Of a stretch of 64,000 nt of DNA, positions 53,065-64,000 are shown in pieces. The stretch's first letter is position 1. Every line of letters starts with the position of its first letter. This DNA comes from Perkinsus chesapeaki ATCC PRA-425. Lineage: Eukaryota; Protista; Perkinsozoa. The translations under genes and the position numbers were made by a program. The stretch spans positions 1 through 64,000 of the forward strand of contig JAAPAO010000139.1 of the NCBI GenBank assembly GCA_013115145.1, read 5' to 3'. The notes under the pieces are model-generated. The model made no database searches. It was given only the letters and a program-made list of their open reading frames with translations, and had not been told where the DNA came from.

Positions 53065-54230
53065 ATGGTATCAAGTAAAGGTCCTCCGGGCAGTTGGCTA
53101 GACGAGGAGGCATTCCCAGCATTTAAGGAGCTCCTCAGGGTTCTGGCAGACTACGCCAAACTAACGGGCTTCCGCTACGAGTAATCCAATGGCATCATTT
53201 CTCGCGAAGATTCCCTTCAGTCCTCGAGACTTTGAAGAGTCACCGTCTAGCTCTTCAGCGGTTAACAGTGTCGTCCGCGATTATCAGCGGCGCCTGGTCT
53301 CCGGTATGGACCAAGAGCTCTGGCGGCAAGCGATCAATGCAGTGCGATGCGCTGAACAGGAGGGCATTCGAACAGTGATGGTGGCGACTTGCCAAGACCT
53401 CGGCGTCTGGCCGGATGATGTTAAACCAGACGAGAGCGCTTGTAAGATACCCTTTAAGTGTTAACGTAGAATTGCGGAAATAGTATAATATTACGGTGAA
53501 AACTGAGCGCAAAATCTTCGATCGGGTGAGAAAACTGAAAAGCTTCTTCGGTGGAGGGAGGCTGGGAGGTTTGCTTGTTTGGTATGGATAGGTATGGCAT
53601 GGCAAGACACCAGTGAGCCCCTAGAGAAGATAGCGCTCTCCTTGTATCATCACCAACATAATGTTGCTGATAGTGAGGACTATAAGGTAAGCAGTGTAAA
53701 GATGGACTGCTAATGGCTGATGTCAGGCCGTATCTCGAACTGCAAGCTTCATTTCTGATTTCGTTTATGCCACTGTCGGCAGCGAGAAACCTGAACTCCA
53801 TCAGTGTAATAACGTGAGTCTTGCGCGGCTACGAGCCATTGGTTCAGGCGAGAAGTCCAAGTTGATGCTCACAGCTTTCTTGAATAGAGTGAAAGAGTAC
53901 CAAGCGAGGAAGGAGACCGGCATTGGCCAAGAACCGGAGGCATACAGACGGATACGAGAGACGGTACGCCGCCAGCTTGAATTGCCTTCAGTCACCGGGG
54001 CTCCTCAGGTGCTCTCGGCTATGGATCGATGGGCACCTCCATCGCTAGTATCATATATAGGGGAATGGACGACCGACAACTTCCCTTCGCCAACAACAGC
54101 GGCACTAGTGGGCCCACCAGCTTGCCTTGCCGCTCTTTATTTTATCCTTTCAGCTCGGATTCGGTGTTGTTGCGGCGGCTACGGCTATCGGAGTGGCAGC
54201 AGCTATGAACCGATCGAAGAAGAATCATAG
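53065..54230 (+). CDS. Hypothetical multi-exon protein with C-terminal TM segment
   Basis: ATG at 53065; open exons 53220-53447 and 53740-54230; hydrophobic LVGPPACLAALYFILSA followed by CCC. Confidence 0.5.
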
Positions 54231-54319
54231 AAGAGACTGACAATCATCGTCAATTCTGACTTGTTCATTTTTCACCTTGAGTACGTTGCGTTATCTTAAG
54301 TGATCGACATAAGTGGGTT

Positions 54320-55361
54320 ATGCTTCGCTTCACACGAGCTCGCTTGTATGCGAGCGCAGAGTTCAAATTACAACTGCCAAGGTCGGCTCACACTGTCTAC
54401 CTTGCTTTGTTGAGTGGGCAGTTCGGTGCGACCTTGTCAACACTAGTGTGCCGAGTACCGATATGCAAACCAACTCAGGGAGACAGAGGGTGCTAATCTG
54501 AGCAATTTATTATCTGCATGCTCCAACCTTAGATATCGCCTGGGTGGTGGACAGTCACAAGGGCGAACTGCTATCACTGTAATTCATCCCGTCAGCGAAC
54601 ACCACATCGCTCTTCATGGCGAAAAGTAGCCTTGTCTTTACCATACTCCTTCCTTAGGAGTTTCCAGGTATCCAGTGACTCTTTGCGAGATGAGGCCAAT
54701 CACACACATTCCAGACCAGCTCAAGCTGCACGCAGTCGCGACTGGGCATCCCTTATTCGGGGATTACTACTACACAAATGATAGGTAAAGGACCACTCGC
54801 TGCTGCTTGAGCCCATTCTTCTTCAGGGTGCTAGATGCCCACTATGAATCAGGCAAACTGTACACGATGCCTCGAGGGCTCGAAGGGCCCGCTATTCAAC
54901 CATGGTTGTCAGCGCCCGGAGTCTGGCATGAAGAACATATCAAATCGCTCAAGCCTCGACCAGTAGGCGATGAATCATCGGGCCCGCGCATTGTCCGATG
55001 GCCTTCGCGTGCTACCCCACTCCTATCTGAGGCCGATGAAGTCCCCGAGATTTTGGAAGAGATTGTGATGGAAGATCAGGTAAGGTGGCGTGAACCTTGT
55101 CTTGTCCTAGCACTCGAGCAGCTATCGAGTCTCGTCGGCACTTCCCCTATGATGCCCTACGAGTCGGCGCTGAGAGAATTAGTGGACATTGAGCCGTTAG
55201 TGCGAGAATGGGGCTTTAATGAGGAAGATGATGTGGAAATCGGTCAAGTCAAGGACCCGAGGTATGCATTTCATCCACTGTCTCGATGGAAGCTTTCCCA
55301 TAGATATAGTGATCGAGATGTCTTCTTCGACCAGCCTCGTAAATGGGTACGGAAGTTGTGA
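54320..55361 (+). CDS. RluA-family pseudouridine synthase-like protein with probable mitochondrial presequence, lacking the HRLD motif
   Basis: MLRFTRARLY leader; VYLALLSG; GRTAITVI; VTLCEMRPITHIPDQLKLHAVATGHPLFGDYYY matches the RluA C-terminal motif (TGRTHQIRVH..GHPI.GD..Y). Confidence 0.65.
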
Positions 55362-56127
55362 ACTTGAAACTCGAGGTTAGTCGAGCATGTTTCGGTTGTA
55401 TTCGTTTCACTTATGTTGATGTTTTTGAGTGTCAAAGTGGTCTTTAAAGACTCTCCGTGCGGTCCGATGGACCAATGGATCCTGTCCATACGGTATGGAC
55501 CATACCCATCGTTAAACAGGAAGTCGCGCTATCCGAAACATATGGTCGAACGGTTCACTTCTGGTAACTGCTACACAAAACGTTTAATGGTGAACTCTCT
55601 CTAGTACGGTTGACACATGATGTCTGCGGGTGTTGGAGACCAACTCTAATACTGAAATCCACGGTGTCACCGTAACCGCGACATACTCATGTGCTTTTGC
55701 TTTCGATAATTTACTGCCATGGATTGAGCAGTGAAGGGGAGGAAGTGTACCGGCTAGGAAGCCAAGAGGCAGAGGGTAAACTTAAGGGATGCAGTAGCAA
55801 GAAACGTTCAAGCAAAAACGTTCAAGTTGAAGAGCCTTGGAATGAAGATGTAGATCTGCTACAGAATGATACATTGCTAGAAATATTAAACGAGAAAGAA
55901 AATGGTAGAGATGAAAGGGACTAGAATCTCATTAAACCGATAAGAAGATTTTATGCCCGGAACCGCCTTCAGCTTGACGGGGACCCCCTGCGCAGTCACG
56001 GTACGTGTCCGTGTCGCGCGTAAGACTCCATTCTCCCCCGTCAATGAGCTTGACTATACTCATAACACAATATAAGTTATGTAGGAAAGAATTTAGCATA
56101 CAGTAGTAGATATACTTTACAAATATG

Positions 56128-58377
56128 TCAGAGTTCTGTGGTCGTACAACGCTGCCTCGCCGATTTAGTCTTCTTCAAGGAAACTCCCATCGCTCGCCGT
56201 TCCCTGGCTCTGCTCCAACTTAGCTCCTTCATGAGGAAGTAAGTATCCAATGGCGAGCCATCACGCAATTGCACCACAGGACCAGGCTGAAGCTCAAAAT
56301 CTTGGTATACAATCTTAGCAGTAGCGCAGGAGATATGAACCCTGAAAAGCACATCTCCAATTAGACACCTGGCGAGGGGAAACGGACAAGTTCTGACACA
56401 ACAATTATCGAATTTAGACCGGACGTCTAGCTCAGGACAACCGATAGTCAATTCAAAATGAGCTCAAGGGATTGATGCGTGCAGACAAAACAGAAGAATA
56501 TGAATCCTATTCTTCTGTTTTGTCAGATCCTATTATAGGATCGGTTTAGCTTAAATAAAATCCAACGTATTTAGGATATGCATAATAAAATAATCTATAT
56601 GTTTATATCCCACCAAAGAATACTATATTCTTTGGTGGGATATAAACATACGAGATACATATTTGAATACCACCCTTCTCCCTCCTGTTCCCGTTTATAA
56701 CCTTGCCGGATCTCCAGTGCTCTCCATCAAATGTGCAGTGGTTACTCCTTCACCCCAAACATCATAGATAAAGTTCCTGCCCCCAAGAATACCTGCTACA
56801 CATGGTCCAGTGCTGACTCCAATCCTAACAGCCAACGGTTGTCCATGAATGTCTCGTATGCCCCTCTCTACTATCCCTTCTTTCATTGCTAGGGCCATTC
56901 GGCAGCCGCAATGGGCATGCTGGGGATTCGGTGTAGGTAGACCACAAGTAGCCATGTACGCGTCGCCACATGTTTTTATTTTCTCTAGTCCATAATCCTC
57001 GGCAACATCGTCAAATAAAGTGAATAAATAGTTAAGCAGGGCGACCAGATCCTCGGCTCTCATCCGGCTTGTCATACTGGTAAATTGCACCACGTCAGAG
57101 AACACGATCGTGACGTTATCGAATCTTTGAGCGAGACCAGACGGAAATATATTGTCATATCCACGAGCCTTAATTGATGCCACCACAGACTCCGGCAATA
57201 CATTCAGGAGCAACTTTTCGCTCCTTTCGGTCTCATTTGCCAGTGTAACACCGAGGACATAATCCTTCCGCAATAGACGACCGTACATGTATTTAACAAC
57301 CAAGATTATACCGGTGCAAAATATTGTGAATGCTATATTTTCGCCCGGCTGAGAAAAGTAACCGCTCTTCATTCGCGGGTCAGAGGACAGGTAAAGTAAA
57401 GGATAATGTACAGTATACTCAACGAGTAGAAAAAATATTGCCACATAGAAAAAGTGGACGAAACGAAGGTGATAACAAGTGCCTAGACAATATATTATTA
57501 ATACTGTATCAAAGGTGTCCTCAATAGCCCAGCAATGAAAGGGGAATACATACGGGGATATGAATACCCATATCATAGCGACAACACCAGTAATAAATGC
57601 TAGTATCCAATGGATTAAAGCATGATTGGTTATAAACCATTGGCTCTTATCTTTGAAGTAAATACTTAAACCACCTGTTATTATGGCAGATACTATTATT
57701 ATTAATTCCGGCGATGCTACCAGGACTGACCAATAATTTATGGAATCAGTCTGACCGTAGCAAAGGACCGTATCACTGACGTAAGCTCCCATCACTTTAG
57801 CTTTCGATAAGGCATCGTTTAAGCCAGCATAACGGACAAATGATACTATGAAGCAGCAGCAAATCGCCAAGATTGCGTTCCAACATCTGTGAATCTTCGA
57901 GGCACAAAGTCGCCTAGTCCAATCCATAACGTAACTTTTTTCCAAGCCGGCATTCGGGAATTCTAAAGTAAATATATTCATTCCGTGGCCGAATTGCTCC
58001 CAGAGTCCATCTCGCTGAAGAGTATCAAACCCGAGCTTCCTCCAGGACACATGAGGGTCCTCGGTGGGATCCCGGTCGCCAAATAGATACCGAAATCTCC
58101 ACGGCAAACAGTCGAGGACTCTCCTCGGCAATATAGGCCCCTTCAAACAGGAACATCTCACACCACACACCTCCGGAGAGACCTCATCTGGCACAGTAGA
58201 GACAATCGAGGAGCTGCTGCTATCTTGATTGCTAGGCGCCAGAGTGGTGGTTCGGTCAGCCGGTGATTTCCGACGTACAATTGACCGCCGTAGACACCCC
58301 GACTTCTGTTGTCGTGTGCCGGATATAATGGTAAAAAGACAAACAAAGTCTATCAGGGAAACTGCATCACTTCCCAC
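56128..58377 (-). CDS. Membrane-bound class III nucleotidyl cyclase (adenylyl-type specificity residues); 5' end uncertain, may extend to about 58640
   Basis: About 6 TM segments, then VTIVFSDVVQFT, EKIKTCGDAYM, VRIGVSTGPCVAGILG and YDVWGEGVTTAHLMESTG; an intron of about 360 nt (about 56347-56706) leads to RVHISCATA..TYFL. Confidence 0.9.
56484..56650. repeat. Three tandem AT-rich hairpins in the cyclase intron
   Basis: 17-bp perfect stem 56484-56500/56508-56524; 8-bp palindrome 56526-56542; 25-bp perfect stem 56598-56622/56626-56650. Confidence 0.92.
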
Positions 58378-58771
58378 GCAATATGTGTACGCTGTGGAGG
58401 AGGAAGAGTTTTGTGGCGCGTGACGCAGTCACAACTCCAAATGGCGGCTGCTGCGTCTTTTGTTTTTGGCAGTCTCTCGCATGTGGCTGTTGCTTCTTCG
58501 TTACTTCGCGGAGGGAGCGGTATAAGGTAATAGGGGCACAATTGGGTATAGAAAGATTCTTTGATGGACTTAACATGTGCGAAATGTTATGAAGATACTC
58601 CAGGCTGGTGTAGAATCTTCTGGCTAGTTGTGACGATCTTGTCAATAGCCTCGATCTCTAGATTATTCTCGCCTCGAAGCAGACTTTAACCGTGATACGG
58701 ATCCTTCGGTAAATAGCAAACAAGGGAACGGGACATTTTATCAAACCGAATACTCCTTAAATCGACCGAGA

Positions 58772-60126
58772 CTGTTTACAGCGCTCATCGGACAAACTTT
58801 GTGGCATCTCGCAGCAAGCACTTCTTTCAGGCTTGGCCTATGTCGGAGAGCCGCTGCGTTCTCTACTCTGCTTCGGAAGGACTCGAGCTTCCGGTTTGAT
58901 AGCAGGTATTGATACATCCTGCATCAACCGTAGATATCCTTTTAGCCGGGTAGTGGTGCCACATAGGAGCAAGAAACGGGGGGAGGATGCTTCATTTAAT
59001 AGTGACCTGTACGCCATCTCTCCCTGGGCCTCTCATACCGCTCCCTTCTCTAGATACCTCGGAGTGGCCGATGGTGTTGGTGGATGGATACTAGAAGGCG
59101 TCGACTCTGGTGAGTACAGCAGGCTGCTGATGCACAGGTAATACTGTAGGGCACATGTAGACGGTATTCTCCGCTAGGGTCTGCAATGAGATAAAGGCTT
59201 ATGAAGGGGCACTACTGAGAGATGAAAGCGGTACTAGGGAGCGATGCCCGAGCCCTGTAATGGCTATGACCAGAGCAGCAAGGCACATCGATCTGCTTGG
59301 TAATAAGGGAGGGAATGAATTAGCCTCATCGAAAGGTATCTTGTAGCTAGAGAATGCTGTCAGGGTCCTCCACGTGTCTGCTTTGTTTCCTCGACCCTGA
59401 CACTGGTATAATGCACACTGCTAATGTAGGCGATTCAGCCTGGATGGTCTATCGTCCAGGGACGTCTCTGGTACTCCTTCCTCGATGTCACCGGTCATGA
59501 TATTCTCTTTACAGGGCTATCGGAGCAAGGAACAGACATTTGCCTTCAACGCTCCTTATCAACTTGATCGCAACCAGCGAATGTCATCTCCTCTGCGGTT
59601 AGCTGAACGATCTAAAACACACCTCCAAGACGGAGACATGGTAATCACTCCGGCACTTCCGGGGGCGAGAATCTCAGTCAGGTAGTTGTGGCCAGCGATG
59701 GACTTTGGGATAACGTATTTGATAAAGATGTCATACGAGTGCTGGAGCGACATCGAAATGATGTCCAAGCGGCTGCGATGGAACTGGCCACCGATGCGGT
59801 GAGGAACGGAAGAAATAAGTACTAAATTTGCCAGCATTTCATCTCGCCACTGTGGTCGCCTCAGAACTTACGCCTCGCCTTTCTTCCGTAATGCCATTCA
59901 ACAGCGAACATTTGTTGGTCTCGGAGGTAGTCAGGCAATACGGTAGAAGTTTGATTGTTTCTGGGCTTGTATTAGGGAAGGAGGATGACGTCACTGTTAT
60001 AGTCGGCAGGCTAACCCGGACATCCGAGCCCTCCAATGCAGGTAAATACGGTACCAATTTCACGGAGAACGGAGCTTTATTTCAGTTATCGATATCGACG
60101 AAAGTGAGTCTGATGTTAGAATGTGA
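58772..60126 (+). CDS. PTC7: PTC7-type PP2C phosphatase, paralog 1; start codon unresolved
   Basis: VVVPHRSKKRGEDASF; LGVADGVGGW..GVDSGEYSR; GSSTCLL..ANVGDS; EQTFAFNAPYQL; VASDGLWDNVF; GKEDDVTVIV. Confidence 0.9.
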
Positions 60127-60283
60127 TCTGAGGCCATGAAGGAATGACACTGTCGTCTCTGGTCCCCCACTGCCTAGTAATTCGTCCGCAAAAGTCCAAA
60201 TGAATAGCTGTGCTTTTCCGAGCCTCATGTGTGTTGGGTTGATATAGTTCACTTGCCTTTCGTTAGTTTTATTTCACAATAGA

Positions 60284-61679
60284 ATGTTATCTTCATTGAG
60301 TTTTTATAAGCCTATCTCCGCAGCGGCTATCCGCGGAATACCGGGACTCACAGCCAGAGGCATTTCAACTGCTGCGCGCCGGTTGACGGCGTCCGGCTCC
60401 GCCCAAAGTTTTTATCAATTCCGAGCAAGGTGAATCTATAGAGGGGCAGTTGCCGTCTGAGAGCTTGTGCTACTTCAGTCGCATTGTCATACCCAACTTC
60501 CGCAAAGAGATAGGCGAGGATGCGTCATTTCACAGCAATTTGTGAGCATCAGTGATTCACCTTCCCCATCAGAATGTCTATCCCTGTAAGGTACATCGGA
60601 GTAGTCGATGGTGTAGGAGGCAAGAACATGCCTGGGCTCGATCCAGCACGATACAGTCGAGCCCTCGTCCAAAAGTATGACTTCTCATACTCCACAGCAG
60701 AAAAGTTGTATTGAGATCCTCTCATCAGCATCGTTGGAGAGATAACACATTATGAAGAGGAGTGTCTAGCTCATCAGCCTTCTGCAAACCATCGCTCTGT
60801 AGCTGCCAGTCTCGCGTATCCTACACCAGATCCTCAAAAGGTTATGGCCCGAGCAGCGTCTCGGACAACCGATATTCTTGGTAAGCAATGTTGCTTTCGA
60901 TGGGACTGAGCATGACTTCAGGCTCTGCAACTTGTCTGCTTGGCTTTCTATCCCCTTTGACCGGAGTCCTCAATACTTGCAACATCGGCGACTCTTGTTT
61001 CATTGTTTACCGTCCCAACGAACAGAAGGTTGGTATCTTCGAGGATCTTTGAGGTTCACGGGAACTCTTGACAGGTTTTGTTTCGTTCTAAAGAACAACT
61101 GCGTGCTTTCAATTTTCCGTATCAAATCGGACCAGCAACTCCCGATTTGCCCCTACAGAGCGGCATTGTCAAGAATATTCAATTGAAAGAGGGAGACACT
61201 GTGAGGGAGCACTGCTAGTTGATCGAGTCATGTCGCTTCCAGGTTGTATTCGCCACAGACGGTCTGTGGGATAATTTATATGATGAAGATGTCTGTGAGA
61301 TCGTCCAAGGTAGCAAAGACAATGTGAAACTCGCATGTAGCACACTTGCCGAGACAGCCTACTGGAACAGTCGGGACAAGTAAGGCTCGTGTGGTCTGTC
61401 CTATTCCATTGATCCCCTTCAGAGAATACTTCTCGCCTTTCAGCTCTAGAGCTGCCAAGTTCTTTGGACATCGTATCCACATAGGAGGTGAGCAGGTGAA
61501 GGTGCTTTTGTTTGAATCTAATGATAGGTAAAGTTGACGATATTTCGATTATTGTAGCCGAAGTGGAACGGAAAGGCCTCAGCGATGCAGCCGACCGTAA
61601 AATCTCTTCCACAGCCTCGGTTGTTGTTACTAACAACGTCTTACTCAGTCCCTCAAATTGCCGAAGTCAGCACGAATGA
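60284..61679 (+). CDS. PTC7: PTC7-type PP2C phosphatase, paralog 2, mitochondrial-type presequence
   Basis: MLSSLSFYKPISAAAIRGIPGLTARGISTAARR; IVIPNFRKEIGEDASF; IGVVDGVGGK; GSATCLL..CNIGDS; EQLRAFNFPYQI; FATDGLWDNLY; GKVDDISII. Confidence 0.88.
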
Positions 61680-61834
61680 TGATTGTCTTCCTTGTCCTCA
61701 AACTTTAGCCCGTCTGAAGTTCAGTATAAGTTCCGCGATTTAATATCATGTTCATTACAATAACTAACTAAACTATTGCACTGTTTGTCAATGTAACAAA
61801 ACTCACAAGTGTAGGGAAGTCTCTTGTTGTGTTG

Positions 61835-64000
61835 TTAAGTATATTGCGACAAACGGCTTGCCAATGGGACGTCCGCCATTAGGGCTAGGAAAGAATAAAT
61901 ATCCGCTATCACAAATAATACGCGCCACAGCTTGGCCGCTGTGCTCTCACCGGTGGAAGGCCTTTTCTCACGGCACAGCAAAGAAAGGTTGAAAGTGAAA
62001 CGGAGCTCAAAAACAACGGAAACACTGTCGAAGATAGTTACCACTCAGGAGAGCCGCCTGCGCATAGCTATCGTACCGAGATGCCGGTTTTGGCCCAATG
62101 TTTGGGCCAGGGGAATGTTGGCAGACTGGGCGAGGCTCTTTGGCAGTGTGCCATGCGGTGGAATGTTGAGTCCAGGGCGTGAGTGCCTGGCTTTTCACTG
62201 GCCCATAGGACATCCCCGCCTCGGTAGCCAGAATTATGTTGCCCACTGGAGGTTTCGTCTGATGGCACTGGAACACGAGGCATAGGTAGAAGGAAGCAAA
62301 AAGGCGTATCCCTTCACACGGTTTATACTAGGCAAAAAGTGCACGCATATACATTGTGACAGCCAAACGGTCACAACTGTACTGGTGTGACACCAGTGGT
62401 GTCACAGCCAAACCCTCATACAAAGGAAAAGACAGGAAGAGTCTGCTGGAACTCATAACAAATGGACTACGAAACGCCAACATATGCCTGTTGTGGGTCA
62501 GAGATACACTCCAACACAAAGCTGACGGAGAGGCGTAAGAAAAAGCCTTAGTGTGTATGCGCGTGCAACTGTGTAGACTGCATAGCTATGGCGCACAGCG
62601 CAACTACTTACAATACTAAGAATACCCTTCCCGTTTCTTAGCACTGCCATTTGCCTGAACGTAGAGGATATGCATGAAGGCACGCTTACCGCACCATCAC
62701 AACAAGCCCTAGCCAGAAACTGCTTTCCATTTGCGTGCAGTCACGAAGGGGGTTGCGACCGAGAATCAAACAAAGAAAAATAATGACATAAAACGGTTGT
62801 ATTAGAACCGAATAACTTCTGACTGGAAACCAGAACGATGTTGGACTTGATAAAAGGAAAAGATTAGGTACCGGCTCCATTGACCGAGTCCGAATCAACC
62901 CTACATAACGAGCTATATTCGCGAGTTGACAACTGTTTGTTCACCATTAGATAGGGAACACTTGTACGATAGAGAAAGCACATCAACCGGCGCCTTCGCT
63001 TAATTTGCTCAACCTGGTCTTGACTACCTGAGCGCTAAACGTCTCAAGTTGTGACTGTGGTAGCAAAAGTCTATCTGTCACGAGACACTCGCACCGCCAA
63101 TGGCGTGACATGTCAGTGTTTTCCCACGAGTCGTTCGTAATTCATTCAACCGGACTGCGAGGATTAACTACCAGCAGGACACGGCACAAGGGAAAGAAGA
63201 GTAATCCAGTCGCGGACTGCAGCAGTCAGCAACCACAGACCTAGTATTATTATTTGTGTTATACGTTGTACACGTGTAGATGTGTGACATCTTTGCCATC
63301 CTAGCTGCGGGAATATGCAAGTGCTCCTTAGCATGGAAGCTTTATACTGTTTCGGAATACCCACGACCCTTTTAGTCCGAGTTCATCCCTTTGAACCTCG
63401 GGTCGTTCTATCAGGCTCATAGCATCAGCGCCTGGCGCTGATACTCGCTGTTCGTAATGGTTCACTTCCAGTCGGATAATCTTTTGAGCTTCAGTCCCGT
63501 GCTGGTCCTCGAATAGCTCGAGGGCCTTGCGAGGCCAAATGAGTGAATAGGATAACTACATAACCTCAAGTGCTCTCTGTAGTATTCTATATTATTTATA
63601 CTATGAAAGCCATCCCCATTATCATCATTGTTGAAAGCTTTGGTATCAGTCCTCCGAAGTAGTATTCTTCTTTAGTTACCTCGATCTCTACTGTATTCTA
63701 TCTCAGAAGAGAAGTCGAGCTGGAGCCTGCCGCAACACAGAAGCCCTTCGGTATGAAGAAAATCCAGAACGATTCTCGTGTTCGTATATCCCATGTGCGC
63801 CGGTTTTCTCTGATCAGTTCCTTATTCTAAGCCGGTTGGTCATTGTTGGCAAGATGGTAAACTTGGCGTGCATAATTGTACGTGCGAAAATGGCTTCTAC
63901 CCCATATGCGATTATGTAAGGATTTGTAGAAGACTTGACGGTCCGCTTTGAGGGGCCTATCAGAACGGTTGCTACAGCAACCCACTCGAATGCTTCTGTA
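61835..64000 (-). CDS. Partial hypothetical multi-exon, probably multi-pass membrane protein; 5' end beyond the window
   Basis: Several open hydrophobic segments (PFYVIIFLCLILG, SFWLGLVVM, KLWRVLFVIADIYSFLALM) and a charged exon (RKALELFEDQHGTEAQKIIRLEV), flanked by GT-AG signals. Confidence 0.35.

Noticed and set aside
46735-58377. cAMP-signalling gene cluster (PKAr plus cyclase)
   Set aside because: About 7 kb of unrelated genes separate them and the orientations differ; no evidence beyond chance.
61169-61636. 155-aa minus-strand ORF
   Set aside because: Antisense shadow of PTC7 paralog 2.

Overview
Eukaryotic, gene-dense DNA with very many short (about 30-60 nt) GT-AG introns. The gene content and style fit an alveolate protist, most likely Perkinsus-like (inference). 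Most six-frame ORFs are exon fragments or antisense shadows, so gene models were spliced by hand and internal boundaries are approximate. Recognisable genes: alpha-carbonic anhydrase, amino-acid transporter, acetyl-CoA transporter (SLC33A1-like), COX17, DRP5/ARC5/DrpC-type dynamin, 3-RRM CELF/Bruno-like protein with a PAM2 motif, RFC3, PTS2-bearing citrate synthase, class I DAHP synthase, PDAP1, LSm4, CCT6, eIF1A, PKA regulatory subunit, a DUF900-like hydrolase, an RluA-like protein, a class III cyclase and two PTC7 phosphatases. An accessory stretch (about 13.3-28.8 kb) holds an intron-containing gene with a phage/giant-virus-type domain, intronless F-box-like genes, a tandem family of signal-peptide-bearing GNAT acetyltransferases and a mucin-like surface protein. 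Most notable observations: (1) secreted GNAT paralogs, with an ER-type acetyl-CoA importer gene about 13.5 kb upstream; (2) the phage-type gene; (3) three near-perfect hairpins inside a cyclase intron; (4) a 19-nt-period, iteron-like inverted array upstream of the carbonic anhydrase; (5) probable pseudo-enzymes (cyclase lacking the catalytic Asn/Arg, RluA-like protein lacking HRLD). No CRISPR array, rRNA or intact tRNA was found.
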